Source: an uncultured Erysipelotrichaceae bacterium (lineage in GTDB: Bacteria > Bacillota_I > Bacilli_A > RF39 > UBA660). From it: a DNA stretch of 64,000 nt. Below the pieces are notes generated by a model. It ran no database searches. It was not told the origin of the DNA and saw only the letters and a list, made by a program, of their open reading frames with translations. Below, piece by piece: positions 45,573-55,991 of this stretch (the first letter of the stretch is position 1; each line of letters opens with the position of its first letter). The position numbers and the translations under genes were made by a program. The stretch is from positions 5,554 to 69,553 of the forward strand of contig CADBYH010000001.1 in assembly GCA_902798815.1 (NCBI GenBank). The letters run 5' to 3'.

Positions 45573-47204
45573 ATGATGGATTTTTTATTAAGTGATGAAA
45601 CAAATATCTCAAAAGAAGATTTAGAGACAAGAAGAAAATTATATGATATATTTATGGATTTACCAGAGAACTTTGTATCAAAAATGAGACATCTTCAACC
45701 ACAAGTAGGATGCTTCAATAATTGTAGTTTTTGTAGTAAATTTTCTGTATGTAAAAGTGAGTATTGGCCATTATCTTCATTAAGAAATATAATAAGTGCC
45801 TTAAAATACACATCAAAGAATTATACATCAGATGATTTATTATTAGCTTATGATAGAAAAGAACATAGAATTGGAGTTATCTTTCCATATTTAAATAATG
45901 ATATAGCAGCATACCCTCATTTATATGAATTTATTGATTTATGTTATAGAGAATTAAGTGTAAGAACTAGAATCTCAACAGTAGGATTCTCTAGACACAA
46001 TAAAGTTTTAAATGAAATGCATAAAAAGATATGTTCTAGTGATTTATTATATGCTCTAGGAGGAGTAAGATTATCAATTAGTCAATATGGTAGAGTATGG
46101 GAAGAACAATCTTCAAAAAACTCTTTAGATGATTATTGTAAAGACATAGCTAACTTTTTAACTATTTATAAACCATATTATGATAAATTTGGATCTGGAT
46201 CTAGAAGAATGTGTTGTGAATTAAGATTTAATCCACTAGTGGAAAATAGTAAAGTACTAACTTTTGAACATAATGATAAATTTGTTATCGCAACAAGTAA
46301 TTATTTATACATATCAGAAGATGATAATATAGCTTTTGAAGAAACCTTTATAAAAGATCCTTATGTTCATTCCTTAGAATTAACTACAAAAGGTATTAAT
46401 TTCACTGAATATAATTTACCATTTAAAGTAGATACAAAAGAAGAATTAATAAAATATATTGATGAAAATGAATTAGAAACCGAAAGAAAAGTTGAAGTAT
46501 ATTTATTTACTAATAAAGATGGACTATATTATTCGATAGATCCAAAACTAACAACTGAAGGAAATTTTGGAATTAATATCTATCCTGAAACTGATATACG
46601 TACTAAATCAGGTTATATTATTACAGAAAGATTTCTTTTAAATGCTTTATATAATTTCAAGAAAACTAAAAATCTAGCTTTAAGAGATTCGTATAAAAAC
46701 GCAACATATGAAGATATAGATGAAGTAATAAGTATCTTAAAAGAGTATTCAAATTACTATCAAGAAAAGAATAAATTAGAAAAAAGCAATTATATAATTA
46801 ATCATGTAATTCCAGTATTAGAAGTATATGTAAAAGCATTAAAACTTGCTAATTACAAACCAGAAGTATTCTTTGATAAGAATTTCACTATAGACACTGG
46901 TATGATATGTAATTTAGGAAGAGCAATAAATCTTTTTAAAGGTATAACTAAATTTATAAACGAACCATTAACTCCAATTCATGAAAGAAACTATGGAAGA
47001 CACTGTTCTACAATGAAACAAGAAAACTATGTATGGTTACTTGGATGTGGTTTCCATGATAATATCTTAATTGAAAAATTAGATTTATTTAATACAGCAT
47101 CAATAGAAGGACAAGTATCTATTAAGAAAAAAATCCAAATAGAAGGATTTAATAATAAAATAAGTGAAGAAGAAAAATACTTATATCCAGGAGAAACAGA
47201 ATAA
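45573..47204 (+). CDS. radical SAM-type protein with long uncharacterised C-terminal extension (543 aa)
   Basis: Canonical CxxxCxxC cluster motif in the expected N-terminal context (QPQVGCFNNCSFCS). Plausible downstream core strands are VIFPYLNNDIAAYP, RISTVGFS and VRLSISQYG. About 340 aa after the core have no recognisable motif. Confidence 0.6.
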   Translation: MMDFLLSDETNISKEDLETRRKLYDIFMDLPENFVSKMRHLQPQVGCFNNCSFCSKFSVCKSEYWPLSSLRNIISALKYTSKNYTSDDLLLAYDRKEHRIGVIFPYLNNDIAAYPHLYEFIDLCYRELSVRTRISTVGFSRHNKVLNEMHKKICSSDLLYALGGVRLSISQYGRVWEEQSSKNSLDDYCKDIANFLTIYKPYYDKFGSGSRRMCCELRFNPLVENSKVLTFEHNDKFVIATSNYLYISEDDNIAFEETFIKDPYVHSLELTTKGINFTEYNLPFKVDTKEELIKYIDENELETERKVEVYLFTNKDGLYYSIDPKLTTEGNFGINIYPETDIRTKSGYIITERFLLNALYNFKKTKNLALRDSYKNATYEDIDEVISILKEYSNYYQEKNKLEKSNYIINHVIPVLEVYVKALKLANYKPEVFFDKNFTIDTGMICNLGRAINLFKGITKFINEPLTPIHERNYGRHCSTMKQENYVWLLGCGFHDNILIEKLDLFNTASIEGQVSIKKKIQIEGFNNKISEEEKYLYPGETE

Positions 47205-48487
47205 TGAGTATAGATTTTTATAAAGAATTTGGAGAATTAGGCTATTTAGCAAATTATTCTAATCATGGTTTTTATAAAGATAACGTATACTATAAAACAG
47301 TAGAGCACTTTTATCAAGCAAGTAAGTTTGATAACAAAAAGATTAAAGAAAAAATAATAAATTGTTCTACTCCAAAAGAAGCATCTAATATAGGTAGAGA
47401 TAGAAATAATATTAGAATTGCTAATTTTAAAGATATTAAATTAGATGTAATGTATGAAGGTATTTATTTAAAATTTACTCAAAATAAAGATATTAGATCA
47501 AAGCTTATTGAAACAAGAAATAATCAAATAAGAGAAATGAGCGTTAAAGAATCATTCTGGGGAATAGGTCCTAATCTTGATGGAGAAAACCATATTGGAA
47601 TAATTTTAGAAAAAGTTAGAGATCAAGTAAAAAAAGATGTGCTTAATAATATTATAAATAATTGTAAAAATAAAAAAGTATATATAATTGGTCATCATAA
47701 ACCAGATGCAGATTCTATCTTTTCAGCATATATATTATCTAATATATTAAAAAGTTTAGGAATTGATGCAGTCTTTTCTGTAAGAGATGAAGAATTAGTT
47801 GATAAAGAATTAATAGATGATTACTTGAAAGAAGATTATGAAGTAATAGATGATTATAATGATAAACACTTTATTTTAGTTGATCATAATAATTTGGATG
47901 GAATACCAAAAGAAAATGTTATAGGAGCAATAGACCATCATAGAATTACAAATGATGTAGATGAATTAATAGAAATAGAATATGCTTCATGCTTATTATT
48001 AATATATGATTTGTTTAAAGATATCTATAAATTTGATGAAAAAGAAAAAGAATTAATTGCTTTAAGCGTTTTATCAGATACAGAATATTTAACTAGTTCA
48101 AGATTTACATCAGAAGATCAATCTTTATACAAAGAATTAAATGTTAGTATAAATGAAAATGAATTAAGAAAAAAATATTTCAAAACTACAGATTTCTCAA
48201 ATAATATTAAAGACAATTTATATAAAGATTATAAAGAATATGATTTTCATAATAAACATATAAAAAGAAGTCTAATAAAAAGCTATTCAAAAGATAAAGA
48301 TGAATATTATGATTCATATACAAATAGTATGAAAAGTAATATTATAAATTTATTAATCTGGTGTGATTACGAGAAATTAATAACATATTTTAATTATAAT
48401 GGTATTAATTTAACATATCCTTCGTTCACAACAAGTACTTATTTAATATTAGATTATTTAGAAAAACAAAAATATCTTAGTAAATAA
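47204..48487 (+). CDS. fusion protein: N-terminal NADAR (YbiA-like) domain plus C-terminal DHH/DHHA2 phosphoesterase
   Basis: NADAR blocks: LANYSNHGF, TVEHFYQASKF, PKEASNIGR, VMYEGIYLKFTQN, ESFWGIG..GENHIGIIL. DHH motifs: IIGHHKPDADSIFSAY, LVDHNN, AIDHHR. A DHHA2-like LSDTEYLTSS also follows. Start overlaps the radical-SAM stop (TAATG). Confidence 0.75.
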   Translation: MSIDFYKEFGELGYLANYSNHGFYKDNVYYKTVEHFYQASKFDNKKIKEKIINCSTPKEASNIGRDRNNIRIANFKDIKLDVMYEGIYLKFTQNKDIRSKLIETRNNQIREMSVKESFWGIGPNLDGENHIGIILEKVRDQVKKDVLNNIINNCKNKKVYIIGHHKPDADSIFSAYILSNILKSLGIDAVFSVRDEELVDKELIDDYLKEDYEVIDDYNDKHFILVDHNNLDGIPKENVIGAIDHHRITNDVDELIEIEYASCLLLIYDLFKDIYKFDEKEKELIALSVLSDTEYLTSSRFTSEDQSLYKELNVSINENELRKKYFKTTDFSNNIKDNLYKDYKEYDFHNKHIKRSLIKSYSKDKDEYYDSYTNSMKSNIINLLIWCDYEKLITYFNYNGINLTYPSFTTSTYLILDYLEKQKYLSK

Positions 48488-48642
48488 GATGTTTTTTTTA
48501 TTATATAAAACTTCATAAAAAAATTTTATCTACTTTTATACATATAAATAATTTTTATAAATACTATCAAAAATATATGTTTGATTTATATAATGAATGT
48601 AGATATTATGTTATTAAGAGAACTTTATGAAAAGGTGATTAT

Positions 48643-48822
48643 ATGAATGGGCAAAGTATATATACTTATTTAGATTCTAAAAAGATATATTTTATTTCTA
48701 AAAGAGGAAAATATATGTTAATAGAAAAAAATAATACTAAAAAAGTATTAAGTTTAGTATCAAGAAATACAGTAGTAATTGATAAAAATAATGGTATTTT
48801 GTTATTTCCAAATGACAAGTAA
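48643..48822 (+). CDS. unannotated small ORF (59 aa), below the ORF-track cutoff
   Basis: ATG at 48643 preceded by RBS AAAGGTGA at a 6-nt spacing. Encodes MNGQSIYTYLDSKKIYFISKRGKYMLIEKNNTKKVLSLVSRNTVVIDKNNGILLFPNDK. Followed by a short hairpin AAAGAG/CTCTTT and a T-run. Confidence 0.4.
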   Translation: MNGQSIYTYLDSKKIYFISKRGKYMLIEKNNTKKVLSLVSRNTVVIDKNNGILLFPNDK

Positions 48823-48852
48823 AAAGAGTTTATCTCTTTTTTTTTATATCGA

Positions 48853-48881
48853 TTGACTAATTTGCATATTTTTTTTATAAT
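48853..48881 (+). promoter_or_regulatory. near-consensus sigma-A promoter for the second DUF6273-like gene
   Basis: TTGACT (48853-48858), a 17-nt spacer, then TATAAT (48876-48881), about 30 nt before the ATG at 48914. Confidence 0.6.
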
Positions 48882-48913
48882 TGTACTAGTAGATAAGGCA
48901 GGAGAGACGTACT

Positions 48914-50170
48914 ATGAAAAAGAGAATGAAGAAAAAAGATGTACAAATACTTTTGTTTATTCTAATAGCATTTGTTTCATTAAGTATAAGTTATGCTGCT
49001 ATTACAAGCATTATTTTAACAATTAATGGTACTGCAAGTGCAGAGGCAGATGATATAAATTTTAAAGTTCATTTTGATAGATCTGTAAGTCCTACTATGA
49101 CCGTAAATAAAGGTAGCGCAGAGATAGACGAATATGATGATAAGATTGCTCATTTTAATGTTAATAATCTTGAAGGTACAGGAGACTCTGCAACAGCTGA
49201 ATACACAGTAATAAATGAATCAAATGGAATAGGAGCACGTATTAATTTAGATTTAACAAATACAAATACAGAATATTTTAGAGTAACAGAAACAATAGAT
49301 GATATAGAACTACAAGCAGGAGATACAACAAAAGTAAGAATAGTTGTAGAATTAATAAAAGAGCCAACCAATCATGAAGAAACAACAGAAATTATTGGTA
49401 CATTAACTGCAAGAGCGGTACAAAATGGATCTGCAAATTCATCAGTAAGCGATACAGTAACAGGACATAAACCAAATTACTTTGCAACAGATTCATGGAG
49501 TACAATTCAGACAAACATAAGAAATAATAATATAGATAGATATAATATAGGAGATACAAAAACTGTAAGTATAGACGGAAATGATTACACAGTTAGAGTA
49601 TCAAACAAATCAACTGCATCAAATTGTAGTAATGCCAATTACTCCCAAACAGCATGTGGATTCGTAGTAGAATTTACTGGAGCAGTTGCAAACTCTCCAA
49701 TGTATGGTAATTCAATAGAAACAGCATCTAATAATATAGGATATCAATCAACGTTAGTATATTCTTATCTTGAAAACACACTTTATAATAAACTTCCTGA
49801 AGATTTACAAAATGTAATATCAAATACAAGACTTATTGAAAATCATGTTGATCAATTAGATGTTAGAGTATATATTTTATCTGCAAAAGAAGTATTTAAT
49901 TATGATCAATCAAGTGAGAATGATCTAAGTACACAACTAGATTATTATTCAGAGAATGAAGTATCTGTTCCAAGTAATGATCCAAATACAGTAAACAACA
50001 ATAGATTCACAATAAAAACTTCTATAGATGACAATAGAATATATTGGTGGTTAAGATCACCATATAAAGATGATAACCAAAGTTTTCAGCAAGTAACAGA
50101 TGGAGGATATTTATATAAGATGTATTCACATTATAATGATTATGTTTCTCCAGCATTCAGAATATCTTAA
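48914..50170 (+). CDS. secreted/anchored protein with C-terminal DUF6273-like domain (paralog of 42070-43995)
   Basis: N-terminal signal/anchor, then a beta-rich domain (INFKVHFD..., AEYTVINESNG...). The C-terminal blocks DSWSTIQTNI, ACGFVVEF, LYNKLPEDLQNVISNTR, WWLRS and SPAFRI parallel those of ORF 42070. Confidence 0.6.
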   Translation: MKKRMKKKDVQILLFILIAFVSLSISYAAITSIILTINGTASAEADDINFKVHFDRSVSPTMTVNKGSAEIDEYDDKIAHFNVNNLEGTGDSATAEYTVINESNGIGARINLDLTNTNTEYFRVTETIDDIELQAGDTTKVRIVVELIKEPTNHEETTEIIGTLTARAVQNGSANSSVSDTVTGHKPNYFATDSWSTIQTNIRNNNIDRYNIGDTKTVSIDGNDYTVRVSNKSTASNCSNANYSQTACGFVVEFTGAVANSPMYGNSIETASNNIGYQSTLVYSYLENTLYNKLPEDLQNVISNTRLIENHVDQLDVRVYILSAKEVFNYDQSSENDLSTQLDYYSENEVSVPSNDPNTVNNNRFTIKTSIDDNRIYWWLRSPYKDDNQSFQQVTDGGYLYKMYSHYNDYVSPAFRIS

Positions 50171-50196
50171 AAGTTCAGTCTAACTGAACTTTTTTA
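50169..50196 (+). terminator. Rho-independent terminator
   Basis: Stem AAGTTCAGT / ACTGAACTT with loop CTA, followed by TTTTT. Confidence 0.8.
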
Positions 50197-50266
50197 AAAC
50201 AAATGTTTTAGTTTTATTTGCTTATAATTAATAATTAGTTTATAATTATATTGGAGATGATTATAA

Positions 50267-50830
50267 ATGTATGATTATATTATAGGTAAAATTACATATA
50301 TAAAAAATAATGCTATTGTAGTAGAAAATAATGGTATAGGTTATTTAGTATATGTATCTAATCCATACTCGTTTGAATTAAATAAAGAATATAAAGTATA
50401 TATATATCAACATATAACAGAAGATGAGAATACATTATATGGTTTTAAAACAATTGAAGAAAAAGAACTATTCTTAAAACTAATTAGTGTAAAAGGATTA
50501 GGATGTAAAATGACTCTTCCTATATTAGCATTAGGTGAGATTGACGGAATAATGGATGCTATCGAAAGAGAAAATATATTATATTTGAAAAAATTTCCAA
50601 AAATTGGAGATAAATTAGCAAGACAAATGGTTCTAGATTTAAAAGGTAAATTAGAATTTATTGGAGTAGGAATAAGTGATGATTCTAATAAGGTGGAAGA
50701 AGAATTAAAAGAAGCATTACTTGCTTTAGGATATAAAGAAAAAGAAATAAAAAATGTAATAAACCAAGTAAATAAAAATAATCCAGTTGAAGATCAAATA
50801 AAAGAAGCATTAAAATTAATGCTTAGATAG
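50267..50830 (+). CDS. ruvA: Holliday junction branch migration complex subunit RuvA
   Basis: MYDYIIGKI...VVENNGIGY OB-fold N-terminus and HhH motifs (LISVKGLGCKMTL, LKKFPKIGDKLARQM). Confidence 0.9.
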   Translation: MYDYIIGKITYIKNNAIVVENNGIGYLVYVSNPYSFELNKEYKVYIYQHITEDENTLYGFKTIEEKELFLKLISVKGLGCKMTLPILALGEIDGIMDAIERENILYLKKFPKIGDKLARQMVLDLKGKLEFIGVGISDDSNKVEEELKEALLALGYKEKEIKNVINQVNKNNPVEDQIKEALKLMLR

Positions 50831-50839
50831 GAGACTTAT

Positions 50840-51271
50840 ATGAATAAAAAAGCATTTATAGTAATAGCGATAATAATTATAATAGTAATATTTTTATTAG
50901 GTTTCTTTAGAAAACCACAAATTATCAAAATAGAAAAAGGATTTAATAAACAATTAGAAGAAAAAGGAGATATTTATTATTATTCAATAATAACTTCTAA
51001 AAAACAATATAATGTTTTAGTAAGAGAACCTAAGAATAATATTAATTTTAATAAGTATAATTATATTCTTATGGAAATAGATAGAGGAGCAGCATGTGAT
51101 GCTGATATCGATATTACAGATGTTGTTGAGAAGAATAACGAATTAATTATTGAATATAAATTATCAAATATTGCATCAGGATGTATGAGATCAACTCCAA
51201 GATACTATGCAATACCAATAGATAAAAAAATTCATACAAATATAAATGTAAAACTAACTGAAGTAAGGTGA
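50840..51271 (+). CDS. membrane-anchored hypothetical protein inserted between ruvA and ruvB
   Basis: 143 aa with an N-terminal TM helix. No motif recognised. Tightly packed: 9 nt after ruvA and 7 nt before ruvB. Confidence 0.5.
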   Translation: MNKKAFIVIAIIIIIVIFLLGFFRKPQIIKIEKGFNKQLEEKGDIYYYSIITSKKQYNVLVREPKNNINFNKYNYILMEIDRGAACDADIDITDVVEKNNELIIEYKLSNIASGCMRSTPRYYAIPIDKKIHTNINVKLTEVR

Positions 51272-51278
51272 TAATTTC

Positions 51279-52274
51279 ATGGAAGAAAACATTATAAGAA
51301 ATATAACAATAGATGATGATAATACATTAGATAATACTATTAGACCAGAAACGATTGATGAGTACGTAGGACAAACTGATGTTAAAGAAAATATCAGAGT
51401 CTTTGTAAGTGCAGCAAAAATGAGAAAAGAATCTCTCGACCACGTATTATTATATGGTCCACCAGGTCTTGGAAAAACAACCCTTGCATATATTATTGCT
51501 CACGAATTAGGAACAAATATTAAAACAGCAAGTGGACCTAGTATTGAAAAAAGTGGAGATCTAGCAGCAATTCTTTCATCATTAGAACCAGGAGATGTAT
51601 TATTTATTGATGAAATTCATAGAATGCCAAGATATATAGAAGAGATATTATATCCTGCTATGGAAGATTTTTCTTTAGATATTATTGTAGGTAGTGAAGG
51701 AAATAGTAGAAATATTAAAATTGATTTGCCACCATTTACTTTAGTAGGTGCAACAACACGAGCAGGAGATTTATCATCACCATTAAGAGACAGATTTGGG
51801 ATTGTTTCAAAATTACAGTTTTATACAATAGAGGAACTAACAGATATAATCAAAAGAACATCTCGTGTATTAGATATGCCAATTACAAATGAGGCAGCAA
51901 TAGAACTAGCAACAAGAAGTAGAGGAACACCAAGAATTGCTAATAGACTATTTAAAAGAGTAAGAGACTTCGCAATGGTAGATAAAAGTAATGAAATAAC
52001 TAAAACAATTACTAAAAAAGCTTTAGATAGATTGAAAGTAGATAAAATAGGTTTAGATAATACTGATAGGGAATTATTACTCGCAATAATAAATAGATTT
52101 AACGGAGGACCAGTTGGAATAGATGCCTTATCAAGTTCTATTGGAGAAGAAGTAACTACAATTGAAGATGTGTATGAACCATACTTATTACAAATAGGTC
52201 TATTAAAAAGAACATCTCGTGGAAGAGTAGCAACAGATAAAGCATATGAAGTATTAGGAATAGAAAAGCAATAA
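51279..52274 (+). CDS. ruvB: Holliday junction branch migration DNA helicase RuvB
   Basis: AAA+ Walker [10 protein letters not shown], Walker B LFIDEIH, sensor [15 protein letters not shown]. Confidence 0.97.
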   Translation: MEENIIRNITIDDDNTLDNTIRPETIDEYVGQTDVKENIRVFVSAAKMRKESLDHVLLYGPPGLGKTTLAYIIAHELGTNIKTASGPSIEKSGDLAAILSSLEPGDVLFIDEIHRMPRYIEEILYPAMEDFSLDIIVGSEGNSRNIKIDLPPFTLVGATTRAGDLSSPLRDRFGIVSKLQFYTIEELTDIIKRTSRVLDMPITNEAAIELATRSRGTPRIANRLFKRVRDFAMVDKSNEITKTITKKALDRLKVDKIGLDNTDRELLLAIINRFNGGPVGIDALSSSIGEEVTTIEDVYEPYLLQIGLLKRTSRGRVATDKAYEVLGIEKQ

Positions 52275-52332
52275 TTGCTTTTTTCTTTTGTAATTGTATG
52301 TTATAATTAATGACAGATTTGGAGTGATACAA

Positions 52333-54491
<2,159 letters not shown>

Positions 54492-54548
54492 CTTTCTTTT
54501 TTTATTATAAAATTTATATTTGTGTTATACTAATAGTGGAGGTATTAT

Positions 54549-55922
54549 ATGAAAGATAATATTTGGAAAAAGTATAGTGATGAAGATATTACTAAGTTAA
54601 ATGAAATATGTGATGAATATCGTAAATTTATTAGTGAAAGCAAAATAGAAAGAGAAGTAACAAGAAATTCTATTAAAATTGCTGAAGAATATGGATTCAT
54701 AAATTTAGATAAATACATAAATGAAGGAAGAAATCTATATCCAGGAGCAAAAGTATATGTAAATAACAGAAATAAAAGTCTAGCATTATTTGTTATTGGA
54801 AAAGAAGATATTACAAAAGGAATAAATATTTTAGGAGCCCATGTTGATTCTCCAAGACTTGATTTAAAAGCATCTCCATTATATGAAGATACTGATTTAG
54901 CTTATTTAGATACACATTATTATGGAGGAATAAAAAAATATCAATGGGTAACTCTTCCTCTTGCACTACATGGTGTAATAGCTAAGAAAAATGGTGATGT
55001 AATAAATGTCGTTATTGGAGAAGATGAATCAGACCCTGTAATTGGTATAACTGATTTATTACCACATTTAGGTGCTGAACAAATGAAAAAAGAAGCATCT
55101 AAAGTAGTTGAAGGAGAAAAACTTGATGTACTAATTGGAAGTATGCCTAATGATGAGGAAGAAAATGCAGTTAAAAATAATATTTTAACTATATTAAAAA
55201 ATAAATATGATATTGAAGAAGAAGACTTTTTATCAGCAGAAATTGAAGTGGTACCTGCAGGAAAAGCAAGAGATTTTGGTCTTGATAGATCAATGGTTAT
55301 GGCATATGGACAAGATGATAAAGTATGCGCATATACATCATTAAGAGCGTTTTTAGATGTTACTGATGTAAACAGAACCACAAGTTGTATTTTAGTAGAT
55401 AAAGAAGAAATAGGTAGTGTTGGTTCCACTGGAATGAGATCTAATTTCTATGAAAATGCAATTGCTGAAATATGTTCATTACTAGGACATAATGAAGTAA
55501 CAGCATTACCAAGAACTCTTAAGAATTCATTTATGTTATCAAGTGATGTTAATGCAGCTTATGATCCACTATACTCAGATGTAATGGATAAAAGAAGTTC
55601 ATCATATTTCAATAATGGAGTTGTTTTCTGTAAATATACAGGAAGTAGAGGAAAAGCTGGAAGCAATGATGCAGATGCAGAATATATTGCAAAACTAAGA
55701 AAAATAATGGATGATAATAATGTATATTTCCAAATATCTGAATTAGGAAAAGTAGATGCTGGAGGAGGAGGTACAATTGCCTATATCCTAGCAAATAAAA
55801 GTGTAAATGTTATTGATTGTGGAGTAGGAGTACTAAGTATGCATGCCCCATGGGAAGTAACAGCAAAAGCAGACATATATGAAGCATATAAATGCTATGT
55901 AGCATTCTTAAAAGAAGCATAA
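54549..55922 (+). CDS. M18-family aminopeptidase
   Basis: GAHVDSPRLDLK, YGGIKKYQW, DKEEIGS and SMHAP blocks are typical of M18 (aspartyl aminopeptidase-like) enzymes. Confidence 0.8.
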   Translation: MKDNIWKKYSDEDITKLNEICDEYRKFISESKIEREVTRNSIKIAEEYGFINLDKYINEGRNLYPGAKVYVNNRNKSLALFVIGKEDITKGINILGAHVDSPRLDLKASPLYEDTDLAYLDTHYYGGIKKYQWVTLPLALHGVIAKKNGDVINVVIGEDESDPVIGITDLLPHLGAEQMKKEASKVVEGEKLDVLIGSMPNDEEENAVKNNILTILKNKYDIEEEDFLSAEIEVVPAGKARDFGLDRSMVMAYGQDDKVCAYTSLRAFLDVTDVNRTTSCILVDKEEIGSVGSTGMRSNFYENAIAEICSLLGHNEVTALPRTLKNSFMLSSDVNAAYDPLYSDVMDKRSSSYFNNGVVFCKYTGSRGKAGSNDADAEYIAKLRKIMDDNNVYFQISELGKVDAGGGGTIAYILANKSVNVIDCGVGVLSMHAPWEVTAKADIYEAYKCYVAFLKEA

Positions 55923-55950
55923 GACGAAAAATTCGTCTTTTTCTTTTTTT
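55921..55950 (+). terminator. Rho-independent terminator
   Basis: Stem AAGACGAA / TTCGTCTT with loop AAA, followed by a T-rich tail. Confidence 0.75.
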
Positions 55951-55991
55951 AATATATTGTTATAATAGTAGATAGAGTAGAGGCGATTTAT

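Noticed and set aside
42740-45630. ORFs 42740-42925, 42912-43127 and 43238-43483 (-), 43790-44008 (+), and 45005-45202 and 45412-45630 (-)
   Set aside because: They are embedded in or antisense to the DUF6273-like gene and the lysR gene. Their compositionally biased translations are rich in His, Leu and Tyr, arising from the reverse complement of Ser/Thr/Asn-rich coding sequence.
48643-48822. The 59-aa ORF as a RiPP precursor for the adjacent radical-SAM enzyme
   Set aside because: It has no Cys residues, no Gly-Gly or other leader-cleavage motif, and no leader/core organisation. It is kept only as a candidate small protein.
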